NCBI GenBank assembly: GCA_051362555.1
Contig: CM120646.1
Location: 9,176,001 to 9,240,000, forward strand
Direction: 5' to 3'
Source of the DNA: Lingula anatina
Taxonomy: Eukaryota; Animalia; Brachiopoda
Length of the DNA stretch: 64,000 nucleotides
Shown here: positions 52,008-64,000 of the stretch, piece after piece
Layout: the number at the start of each line of letters is the position of its first letter
Position numbering within the stretch: position 1 is the first letter of the stretch
Made by a program: the position numbers and the translations under genes
Notes under the pieces: model-generated
Seen by the model: the letters and a program-made list of their open reading frames with translations, nothing else
Told to the model about the DNA's origin: nothing
The model's database searches: none

Positions 52008-55000
52008 TGTTATGTACCTTTTACATATACATCTGATGAATGTCCTAAACTTACATAATTTTGTACGCTTAACCTCTGGATAAGCTGATTTATCCCCTGG
52101 ATAACGCTAGCCACTGTTGATGAAACGCACTATCCTCTGGATAGCTCTATCCAGAGGATAGCGGCCATATTTATCCATAGGATAGCGCTATCCAGCCTTG
52201 ATGAAACCTGGCCCTGATGAATGTCCTAAACTTACATAATTTTGTACGCTTAATTCAAGCGTGGGCTCGAAATAGGACATTACGTTTTAGACTTACTGAG
52301 TGGATAACGCAATTCACAGATTCCTCAGTTCGTGTCAGATTTACGTAAGTTCGCGCAAAGAAAACCCAAGTCCACATAATGACCAGTTTAATGGTTTATT
52401 AGTTGACTCTGTCTAACTACATCATCTACGTGAAATTTCCAAGTTCAAGGCCGTCTCCCATAGCTCCGTCGAGCGGTCCGCTTCGAGTCTTCTTCAGTCT
52501 GCCCCCCCCAATATTATTTCTAGACGTCTTTTATACGTATTTCTTATCTATAGGTGGATTCTGTGCTGCAGTATCTGGCGGTACATACTAATTTTAATTA
52601 TTCAAATTGCACACGTCCACTTAAGTTACATGACTACAGGTAAGGCCATAAAACGAGTCGAGTGCACAAGCAATGGACTCTAATCAAATTAATTTACATG
52701 TCTGGGAATTATATTTGTGAACACTACACGCCTTCCCTTTTTACCAGAAAAAAATACATTTTTTTTCATTTATCACGTTGGAGACATTCACTCTACATTA
52801 TATTTACAACATATGTACAAAGCTAAGAACGTTAATAAAAGAACACGTTACAGACAGGCCCGGAGGAAAACCAGAGATAAAACCCTTTAATTCATATCTT
52901 TCTTTATCAATTTAGGGAAAAATAGCTCTGGAAACCGGGCAAATGAGCGCCTTATATTTTAAAGTCTTTAAAATTCATTTGAGTCTTTTAGTGTTTAGTC
53001 TTTCAATGGAATCATCGGCAAAACGGCGGGGTCCACCACTCTCGGCTGTATAGTTACTTGGGTTCCAGGACGCAGGACTGATAGGTCTAATGGATCGAAG
53101 CGCTGGAAACCCTCAGCCTTGGATACGCGGCAGGCGGCGGGTCGGAGGCGATGACACAGGCACGGCGATGCAGGGACCATTCACTATCACCTGAAACGAG
53201 ACACAGGGGAAAATAAACTTTCTTCGTTATAAAAAGTTTCATCGTCTTTTTTTCATACTTAAACCTTTCTTCAGTTGTATCTACGTTCAACATACATCTG
53301 TCATTACTCCTTTTTTTAATATGCATATACCGTATAAGCATTAATTTTAGGGAAAAAATTCTAACCCATTTATTCCAGGGAAACAATTCCAATCACAAGC
53401 TCGCCACAATAATAATATTGATAATAAACAAAGTCAATCAGGGCTAATATGAAGAGGAAAAACACCACCTATCATCCCAGACAACAGGAAAACCCACAGT
53501 TAGACCTAATCAAGCTACCAGCACCGTCACGACCGTATCAAGCTACCAGCGCCGTCTCGGCCTGCCTCATCAGCAACACTTGGCCATATGCTGCAGATAA
53601 AACTATGTGAGCTACCAGTGCCGTCATGGTCTGTGTCTGCCAGCAATATCCAGCCCATATTTCCAGCAAAACTCTGTATGTTTCCGAAGTCACAGGACAC
53701 CCGTCGTATCGATCATCATGGCTGGTTACTCAAACAACAACAAGATATTAGCAAGACAAAATCTCTACCCAGTTCCCACAGAACACGGTTCTGCTACCTA
53801 TCCCTTCGTGGGCAGGCATCAACATAAAAAAAAATACCTGGTCTAAATTACCAGTCCCGACACTCCAACGTGGAGCATGGTACCCTTAAAGAAATTATCT
53901 GGTCTAACTTGTATTTATCCATCGGTGGACCTAAATTAACAAGCAGCCCTACGTCGCTAGGAATGTACCAGATCTTCTGCTCCTATTACTTAACAGCAGG
54001 ATAACCTTAAAAAATAAATACTGGGTCTCTAACCTCACTTCGAGATAAACTAACCTGTTTTCACCAGGCCATATGAGCCTCCTTCCTTCATTACCCGTCA
54101 CGACGTTTAATTGTCCTCTTGCATAATATAAAAGTCCAAAAGTACACGTGTTTGTCTGTCTGTGTGTCCGTTTATAATTACTGTCTGCCTACGCACGTGC
54201 CTTGCCTAAACCAGTTCGGTCCGGTTTATTTCGACACCCGTTTTAATATTCCCATTATAGACCAAAGCTTTGATATTGCCTCTATATTCAAATTTGCCTA
54301 AGAACGCTTCCCTTATCACCACGAATGCCGCTTCTTATCTACGTTACCAAATTCTGATAATCTCCAACTATTACATGTAATTCGATCGGCGCAATTAGCA
54401 AACACTTGAAGTTCCTTATCTTACCGCTTGTCTCTGTCGGCCCTTGCACGACAGTTATAATAAATAGCACAATAGCCTGTATACCTCTGAACGTTACAAA
54501 TTTTAAAATCCGATCAAGACCATATCAACGTAAAACCCTTATTTTACTACGAAGAAATTTCGTCAATCACCGAATCAACGCAACAATAACCCGAAAACAT
54601 GTCAAAATACAACAACGACACCACAATACGATATATACTACACTGTACCAACAACGCAAAACTTCTCTTAATTTTTTCACTATGCAATCCTGAATATATC
54701 AAGAAATACAGGTAGAAACCATCTACGACTGCCACGTAACACCAGTGCATTTTTCATGCACTAACGATCTCTTGTGTCTTACAAAAAAAAGTAATCTGCC
54801 TAAACATTTCATGTACCGTAATTACGTGACCCTTAACCAACAATTTTGCGACTTACATATAAAATCGACTTAAACTGGAGGAGCCGTTTATTCCTCTCTT
54901 ACTATCATAAAATTTTACTTGAAATCGGCCAAGTCTCTCCTACTTTGCACTGAATTTGGAAAGCTTTTAATAAATCTTAACATGAATACCACGGCACGAA

Positions 55001-55279
55001 AAGCCGTTAATACTAACGAAATTTACGCAAAATCCAAAATTAAAATACCAGTTACTACAAGTTACAAACAATAAGTCATACTTACTGGCCGGTAGGTGAT
55101 ACTGCCTGGCCGACCGATCTTCGCTGCACGAAGACATACCCTTTCTATACTTACCTTCCCTTCTGGCCATTTTGTGTCTAGTCAGATCTTCCTTGTGCGC
55201 ATTGGAACGTAAACTGGCGAAGCTCAGCCAAATATGTTATGTACCTTTACATATACATATGAGATGAATGTCCTAAACT
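52008..55279 (-). mobile_element. Non-autonomous non-coding LTR retrotransposon, copy 1
   Basis: 3' LTR 52728-52008 (TGTAG...TAACA, ~540 bp net) is preceded by PPT AAAAAGGGAAGGCG and contains TATAAAA and AATAAA. 5' LTR is reduced to 45 bp (55235-55279) and followed by TATTTGGCTGAGC. The 2.5-kb interior has no retroelement ORF. Confidence 0.8.
52069..52213. mobile_element. Right-end fragment of the Harbinger MITE seen whole at 60565-61522
   Basis: Matches 61378-61522 and is flanked by a 40-bp direct duplication. Confidence 0.9.
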
Positions 55280-58200
55280 GTGTCTGTGCATATCATGATC
55301 ACTGTATGTGTTTGTTGTTATTTTTTGTGTCTGTACATATTATGATCACTGTATGTGCTTATGTTGCTACTCTTAGTTTTTATACATATCGTGATCACTG
55401 TATGTGTTTATGCCGTTAATGTTTGAGTCTTTATATATTTTGATCACTGTATGTGTTTATGCCATTACTGTTTGTGTCTTTATATATTTTGATCACTGTA
55501 CATGTTTATGTTGTTACTGTTTGTGTCTGTACATATTATGATCACTGTACGTGTTTATGTTGTTACTGTTTGTGTCTTTATATATTTTGCTCACTGTACA
55601 TGTTTATGTTGTTACTGTTTGTGTCTGTACATAATATGATCACTGTACGTGTTTATGTTGTTACTGTTTGTGTCTGTGCATATCATGATCACTGTATGTT
55701 TTTGTTGTTAGTTTTTGTGTCTGTACATATTGTAATCACTGTATTTGTTTATGTTGTTACTGTTTGTGTCTGTACATATTGCGATAATTGTGTATGTTTA
55801 TGTTGTAACTGTTTGTGTCTTTACATATCATTATATCACTGTTTGTGTTTATGTTGTTACTGTATGTGTCTGTACATATTATGATCAATGTGTTTGCTTA
55901 TGTTGTTACTGTTTGTACATATTATGATCAATGTGAATATTTATGTTGTTACTGTTTGTGTCTGTAAATATTATGATCACTGTATATGTTAATGTTGTTA
56001 CTGTTTGTGTCTGTACATATTGTAATCACTTTATGTGTTTATGATAGTACTGTTTGTGTCTGTACATATTATGATCACTGTGTATGCTTATGTTGTTCCT
56101 GTTTGTGTCTGTACACATTGTGATCACTGTGTGTGTTTATGTTCTTACTGTTTGTGTTTGTACATATTATGATCACTGTGTCTGTACATATTATGATTAC
56201 TGTGTATGCTTATGTTGTTACTTTCTGTGTCTTTACATATTGTGATCACTGTGTATGCTTATGTTGTTACTGTTTGTGTCTCTACATATTGTGATCACTG
56301 TGTGTGTGTTTATGTTGTTACTGTTTGTGTCTGTACGTATTGTGATCACTGTGTGTGTTTATGTTCTAACTGTTTGTGTTTGTACATATTATGATCACTG
56401 TGTATGCTTATCTTGTTATTGTTTGTGTCTGTACACATTGTGATCACTGTGTGTGTTTATGTTCTTACTGTTTGTGTTTGTACATATTATGATCACTGTG
56501 TCTGTACATATAATGATCAATGTGTATACTTATGTTGTTACTTTCTGTGTCTCAACATATTGTGATCACTGTGTATGCTTATGTTGTTACTGTTTGTGTC
56601 TCTACATATTGTGATCACTGTGTGTGTGTTTATGTTGTTACTGTTTGTGTCTGTACATATTGTGATCACTGTCTGTGTTTATGTTCTAACTGTTTGTGTT
56701 TGTACATATTATGATCACTGTGTATGCTTATCTTGTTACTGTTTGTGTCTGTACATATTATGATCACTGTGTGTGTTTATGTTCTTACTGTTTGTGTTTG
56801 TAAATATTATGATCACTGTGTATGCTGATGTTTGTGTATATATTATGAATACTGTTTTTGTTTATGTTCTTAATGTTTGTGTCTGTAGATATTGTGTTCA
56901 CTGTATGTGTTAATGATGTAATTATTGGTGTCTGTACATATTGTGATCACTGTGTGTGTTTATGTTGTTACTGTTTGTGTCTGTACATATTGTTCATGTT
57001 GTTACTGTTTCTGTCTGTACATATTATGATCACTGTATGTGTTAACGTTGTAACTGTTTGTGTCTGTACATATTTTGATCACTGTGTATGCTGATGTTGT
57101 TACTGTGTGTGTCTGTACATATTGTGATCAGTGTATGTGTTTATGTTCTTACTGTTTGTGTATGTACATATTGTGATCACTGTATGCTGATGTTGTTACT
57201 GTTTGTGTCTGTACATATTTTGATAACTGTAGGTGTTTATGTTATTACTGTTTGTGTATGTACATATTGTATTCACTGTATGTGTTTATGTTGTTAATGT
57301 TTGTATCTGTACATATTGTGATCAGTGTATGTTAATGTTGTTACTGTTCTCTTTGTACATATTGTGATAACTGTATTTGTTTATGTTGTTACTGTTTGTG
57401 TATGTACATATTGTGATCACTGTGTATGCTTATGTTGTTACTGTTTGTGTCTCTACATATTGTGATCACTGTATGTGTTTATGTTGTTAATGTTTGTGTC
57501 TGTACATATTGTGATCACTTTATGTGTTTATGATAGTACTGTTTGTGTCTGTACATATTATGATCACTGTGTATGCTTATGTTGTTACTGTTTGTCTCTG
57601 TACATATTGTGATCACTGTATGTGTTTATATTCTTACTGTTTTTGTATGTACATATCGTGATTACTGTAAATGTTTATGTTATGACTGTTTGTGTCTGTA
57701 CAATTGCGATCACTGTGTATGTTAATGTTGTAACTGTTCCTGTCTTTACATATTTTGATCACTGTATGTGTTTATGTTGTTACTGTTTTTGTCTGTACAT
57801 ATTATGACCATTGTGTTTGTTTATATTGTTAATGTTTGTTTCTGTATATATTGTGATCACTGTATGTGCTTATGTTGTTAGTGTTTGTGTCTGTACATAT
57901 TATGATCACTGTGTTTGCTTATGTTGTAACTGTTTGTACATATTATGATCAATTTGAATATTTATGTTGTTACTGTTTGTGTCTGTACATATTATGATCA
58001 CTGTATAGGTTAATGTTGTTACTGTTTGTGTCTGTACATATTGTAATCACTTTAGGTGTTTATGATAGTACTGTTTGTGTCTGTACATATTATGATCACT
58101 GTGTATGCTTATGTTGTTACTGTTTGTGTCTGTACATATAGTGGTCTCTGTATGTGTTAATGTTGTTACTGTTTGTGTCTGTACACATTGTGATCACTGT

Positions 58201-60536
58201 GAGTGTTTATGTTCTTACTGTTTGTGTTTGTACATCTCATGATCACTGTGTCTGTACATATTATGGTCACTGTGTATGTTTATGTTGTTACTTTTTGTGT
58301 GTGTACATATTGTTATCATTGTGTATGCTTTTGTTGTTACTGTTTGTGTCTCTACATATTGTGATCACTGTGTGTGTGTTTATGTTTTTACTGTTTGTGT
58401 CTGTACATATTGTGATCACTTTATGTGTTTATGATAGTACTGTTTGTGTCTGTACATATTATGATCACTATGTATGCTCATGTTGTTATTGTTTGTGTCT
58501 CTACATATTGTGATCACTGTATGTGTTAATGTTCTTACTGTTTGTGTCTATACATATTATGATCACTGTATGTGTAAATGTTGTTACTGTTTGTGTCTGT
58601 ACATATTGTGATCAGTGTGTGTGTTTATGTTGTTACTGTTTGTGTCTGTACATATCGTTATCACTGTATGTGTTTATGTTCTTACTGTTTTTGTCTGTAC
58701 ATATTGCAATCAACGTGTATGTTTTTGTTGTAACAGTTACTGTCTTATCATATTCTGATCACTGTATGTGTTTATATTGTTACTGTTTGTGTCTGCACAT
58801 ATTTTGATAACTGTTTTTGTTTATGTTCTTAGTCTTTGTGTCTGTACATATCTTTATCACTGTAGGTGTTTATGTTATTACTGTTTGTGTCTGTACATAT
58901 TATGATTACTGTGTTTGTTTATGTTGTTAATGTTTGTTTGTGTGTATATTGTGATCAATGTGTATGTTTGTGTTGTTACTGTTTGTGTCTGTTCATATTG
59001 TGATCACTGTGTATGCTTATGTTGTTACTGTTTGTGTCTCTACATATTGTGATCACTGTATGTGTTTATGTTGTTAATGTTTGTGTCTGTACATATTCTG
59101 ATAACTTTATGTGTTTATGATAGTACTGATTGTGGCTGTACATATTATGATCACTGTGTATGCTTATGTTGTGATCAATGTTTGTGTCTGTACATATTGT
59201 GATCACTGTATGTGTTAATGATGTAATTATTGGTGTCTGTACATATTGTGATCACTGTGTGTGGTTGTTCTTACTGTTTTTGTTTGTACATATTACTGTG
59301 TATGCTTATGTTGTTAATGTTTGTGTCTGTACATACTATTGTCACTGTATGTGTTTATGTTGTTACTGTTTGTATCTGTATATATTGTGATCACTGTTTG
59401 TGTTTATGTTGTTACTGTTTGTGTGTGTACATATTATGATTACTTTGTATTTTTATGTTGCTTCTCTTTGTGTCTGTACATATTGTGATCACTGTTTGTG
59501 TTATTTTGTTACTGTTTGTGTGTGTACATATTATGATCACTTTGTATTCTTATGTTGTTACTGTTTATGTCTGTACATATTGTGATCACTGCGTATGCTT
59601 AGGTTGTTACTGTGTCTGTACATATTGTGATCACTTTGTATTCTTATGATGTTACTGTTTGTGTCTGTACATATTGTGTTCACTGTATGTGTTTATGTTG
59701 TTACTGTTTGTGTGTGTACATATTATGATTAATTTGTATTTTTATTTTGCTACTCTTTGTGTCTATACATATCGTGATCACTGTATGTGTTTATGTTGTC
59801 ACTGTTTGTGTCTGTACATATTGTGATCACTGTTTGTGTTATGTTGTTACTGTTTGTGTGTGTACATATTATGATCACTTTGTATTCTTATGTTGTTACT
59901 GCTTGTGTCTGTACATATTGTGTTCACTGTATGTGCTCATGTTGTAACTGTTTGTGTCTGTTCATATCGTGATCACTTTACATTGTTATGTTGTTACTGT
60001 TTGTGTCTTTATATATTTTGATCACTGTACATGTTTATGTTGTTACTGTTTGTGTCTGTACATATTGTGATCACTGTATGTGTTTATGTTGTTACTGTTT
60101 GTGTCTGTACTTATTGTGATCACTGTTTGTGTTATGTTGTTACTGTTTGTGTGTGTACATATTATGATCACTTTGTATTCTTATGTTGTTACTGTTTATG
60201 TCTGTACATATTGTGATCACTGTATGTGTTAATGTTATTACTGTTTGTGTCTGTACATATTGTGATCACTGTGTATACTTAGGTTGTTACTGTGTCTGTA
60301 CATATTGTGATCACTTTGTATTCTTATATTGTTACTGTTTGTGTCTGTACATATTGTGTTTACTGTATGTGCTTATGTTGTAACTGTTTGTGTCTGTTCA
60401 TATCGTGATCACTTTACATTGTTATGTTGTTACTGTTTGTGTCTTTATATATTTTGATCACTGTACATGTTTATGTTGTTATTGTTTGTGTCTGTACATA
60501 TTATGATTACTTTACGTGTTTATGTTGTTATTCTTT

Positions 60537-63500
60537 TGTTATGTACCTTTTACATATACATCTGGGCCCGGTTTCATCAAGGCTGGATAGGCTATCCTAT
60601 GGATAACACTATCCAAGGTATAAATTTCTTATCCTCTGTATAGTTATCCTCTGCATTAATTTGTGTTTCACAAAGGCTGGATAAACAGCATGATAGTAAT
60701 CCAGTGGATAAAAATTTATCCAATACCATATTTAGAAAAAGACATTCCCATAATGCAGTTGGTTGCTATAAACATTATAAAAGCCATGATAGTTGCTAAC
60801 AAAAAAGTGATCTATACCATATTTGGAAAATAAATTACCCAAAATAAACAATATTCTAAGTATATTTCAAGATGGTAGTCTACATTCATTTAAATAATGG
60901 GAATAATATCTACAGGATATTTTAGTGTCAGTGTCAGTAACATACCACATTGCATTTAATAGTTGTGCCTCAGGCAATGTTTACAATTTGCAGTTGAAGG
61001 GCAAGGTCGTGACATACTTTCCAACAAAATGGCTGACTTGGCAAGTTTGGCAGATTATGTAATAGCAGTGTAGAGTTTTTTCATCGATTTAAAAGGTATG
61101 TTTTAGTAAAATAAAAGATAATTTATCTCACGTAGATTGCATGGGTTCTGTTCGTAGCAGGCGCGATGTCAACTTTGATCAAGTCTGTTATGTAATCTAT
61201 TGATTCAGTATCACTCAAAGCATCAAAAGCAAACACACATCTTTTAAAAGTCTCTTTCTAATTAATCTCTGCCTGTGAAATATCAAAGGATTTACTGTCA
61301 AACCAAGCAGGTTAGCCATTTTTGATGATTTAACAGCATGATAGCATGTTTATCCCACCTATTTCGAGCGGACAACTTTAACCTCTGGATAAGCTGATTT
61401 ATCCCCTGGATAACGCTAGCCACTGTTGATGAAACGCACTATCCTCTGGATAGCTCTATCCAGAGGATAGCGGCCATATTTATCCATAGGATAGCGCTAT
61501 CCAGCCTTGATGAAACCTGGCCCTGATGAATGTCCTAAACTTACATAATTTTGTACGCTTAATTCAAGCGTGGGCTCGAAATAGGACATTACGTTTTAGA
61601 CTTACTGAGTGGATAACGCAATTCAAAGATTCCTCAGTTCGTGTCAGATTTACGTAAGGTCGCGCAAAGAAAACCCAAGTCCACATAATGACCAGTTTAA
61701 TGGTTTATTAGTTGACTCTGTCTAACTACATCATCTACGTGAAATTTCCAAGTTCAAGGCCGTCTCCCATAGCTCCGTCGAGCGGTCCGCTTCGAGTCTT
61801 CTTCAGTCTGCCCCCCCCCAATATTATTTCTAGACGTCTTTTATACGTATTTCTTATCTATAGGTGGATTCTGTGCTGCAGTATTTGGCGGTACATACTA
61901 ATTTTAATTATTCAAATTGCACACGTCCACTTAAGTTACATGACTACAGGTAAGGCCATAAATCGAGTCGAGTGCACAAGCAATCGACTCTAATCAAATT
62001 AATTTACATGTCTGGGAATTATATTTGTGAACACTACACGCCTTCCCTTTTTACCAGAAAAAAAAATACATTTTTTTTTCTTTTATCACGTTGGAGACAT
62101 TCACTCTACATTATATTTACAACATATGTACAAAGCTAAGAACGTTAATAAAAGAACACGTTACAGACAGGCCCGGAGGAAAACCAGAGATAAAACCCTT
62201 TAATTCATATCTTTCTTTATCAATTTAGGGAAAAATAGCTCTGGAAACCGGGCAAATGAGCGCCTTATATTTTAAAGTCTTTAAAATTCATTTGAGTCTT
62301 TTAGTGTTTAGTCTTTCAATGGAATCATCGGCAAAACGGCGGGGTCCACCACTCTCGGCTGTATAGTTACTTGGGTTCCAGGACGCAGGACTGATAGGTC
62401 TAATGGATCGAAGCGCTGGAAACCCTCAGCCTTGGATACGCGGCAGGCGGCGGGTCGGAGGCGATGACACAGGCACGGCGATGCAGGGACCATTCACTAT
62501 CACCTGAAACGAGACACAGGGGAAAATAAACTTTCTTCGTTATAAAAAGTTTCATCGTCTTTTTTTTTCATACTTAAACCTTTCTTCAGTTGTATCTACG
62601 TTCAACATACATCTGTCATTACTCCTTTTTTTAATATGCATATACCGTATAAGCATTAATTTTAGGGAAAAAATTCTAACCCATTTATTCCAGGGAAACA
62701 ATTCCAATCACAAGCTCGCCACAATAATAATATTGATAATAAACAAAGTCAATCAGGGCTAATATGAAGAGGAAAAACACCACCTATCATCCCAGACAAC
62801 AGGAAAACCCACAGTTAGACCTAATCAAGCTACCAGCACCGCCAAGACCGTATCAAGCTACCAGCGCCGTCTCGGCCTGCCTCATCAGCAACACTTGGCC
62901 ATATGCTGCAGATAAAACTATGTGAGCTACCAGTGCCGTCATGGTCTGTGTCTGCCAGCAATATCCGGCCCATATTTCCAGCAAAACTCTGTATGTTTCC
63001 GAAGTCACAGGACACCCGTCGTATCGATCATCATGGCTGGTTACTCAAACAACAACAAGATATTAGCAAGACAAAATCTCTACCCAGTTCCCACAGAACA
63101 CGGTTCTGCTACCTATCCCTTCGTGGGCAGGCATCAACATAAAAAAAATACCTGGTCTAAATTACCAGTCCCGACACTCCAACGTGGAGCATGGTACCCT
63201 TAAAGAAATTATCTGGTCTTACTTGTATTTATCCATCGGTGGACCTAAATTAACAAGCAGCCCTACGTCGCTAGGAACATACCAGAATTTTTCACTCCCA
63301 TACGGAAGCAGGGAACCATTTTAAATAAATAATAAAACATCTGGTCTTACTTGCATTTATCCATCGGTGGACCCAAATTAACAAGCAGCCCTACGTCGCT
63401 AGGAATGTACCAGATCTTCTGCTCCTATTACTTAACAGCAGGATAACCTTAAAAAATAAATACTGGGTCTCTAACCTCACTTCGAGATAAACTAACCTGT

Positions 63501-64000
63501 TTTCACCAGGCCATATGAGCCTCCTTCCTTCATTACCCGTCACGACGTTTAATTGTCCTCTCGCATAATATAAAAGTCCAAAAGTACACGTGTTTGTCTG
63601 TCCGTGTGTCCGTTTATAATTACTGTCTGCCTACGCACGTGCCTTGCCTAAACCAGTTCGGTCCGGTTTATTTCGACACCCGTTTTAATATTCCCATTAT
63701 AGACCAAAGCTTTGATATTGCCTCTATATTCAAATTTGCCTAAGAACGCTTCCCTTATCACCACGAATGCCGCTTCTTATCTACGTTACCAAATTCTGAT
63801 AATCTCCAACTATTACATGTAATTCGATCGGCGCAATTAGCAAACACTTGAAGTTCCTTATCTTACCGCTTGTCTCTGTCGGCCCTCGCACGACAGTTAT
63901 AATAAATAGCACAATAGCCTGTATACCTCTGAACGTTACAAATTTTAAAATCCGATCAAGACCATATCAACGTAAAACCCTTATTTTACTACGAAGAAAT
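60537..64000 (-). mobile_element. Non-autonomous LTR element, copy 2 (runs off the window)
   Basis: Near-identical to copy 1 with the same satellite junction; LTR 62038-60537 includes a 958-bp MITE. Confidence 0.85.
60565..61522. mobile_element. PIF/Harbinger-type MITE, 958 bp
   Basis: TIR GGCC(C/A)GGTTTCATCAAGGCTGGATAG; 3-bp CTG duplication (60562-60564, 61523-61525); many subterminal GGATA/TATCC words. Confidence 0.92.

Larger units (their letters stand above)
23610..60536. repeat. 49-bp satellite array (roughly 500+ monomers, interrupted by TE insertions)
   Basis: Consensus TGTGATCACTGTATGTGTTTATGTTGTTACTGTTTGTGTCTGTACATAT. Blocks about 23610-27095, 32416-34139, 36265-52007, 55280-60536. 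Copy number estimated as ~26 kb / 49. Confidence 0.98.

Noticed and set aside
52995-55170. Short ORFs repeated in both copies of the LTR element
   Set aside because: Their conservation reflects recent duplication, homopolymer indels change their ends, and no protein motifs were recognised.
23610-60536. CRISPR-like or variable-cassette array
   Set aside because: There are no unique spacers or cas genes; monomers are head-to-tail variants in a eukaryotic context.
23473-60606. Many Cys/Val/Tyr-rich ORFs (MFMLLLFVSVHIVITVC...)
   Set aside because: They are translations of the 49-bp satellite cycling through three frames; there is no gene structure.

Overview
AT-rich animal genomic DNA with spliceosomal introns; invertebrate, probably mollusc-like (inferred from repeat types only). 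The left 22 kb holds two host genes: a single-large-exon uncharacterised coiled-coil gene (+, 4848-6647) and a five-exon GH56 hyaluronidase (-, 21577-18232). Both need small frameshift corrections at short base runs. Around them lie three decayed Tc1 transposase remnants, Harbinger-type and TA-target MITEs, a Penelope-type inverted remnant and nested non-autonomous Helentrons (HINEs). From about 22.3 kb to 60.5 kb runs a 49-bp satellite with kb-scale duplications. It is interrupted by a defective Ty3/Gypsy element, a deleted DIRS/Ngaro element, a hAT-like end and two copies of a non-coding LTR element. Two observations stand out. (1) The Gypsy element has ~110-bp TA...TA LTRs, and its primer-binding site is the exact 11-nt complement of its own LTR, a Tf1-like self-priming layout in an element with no visible chromodomain. 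(2) The satellite core TGTGTCTGTACATA is identical to the terminal repeat of the local Helentron, and an end of that Helentron sits exactly where the array starts. All calls come from manual reading and translation; no searches were run.
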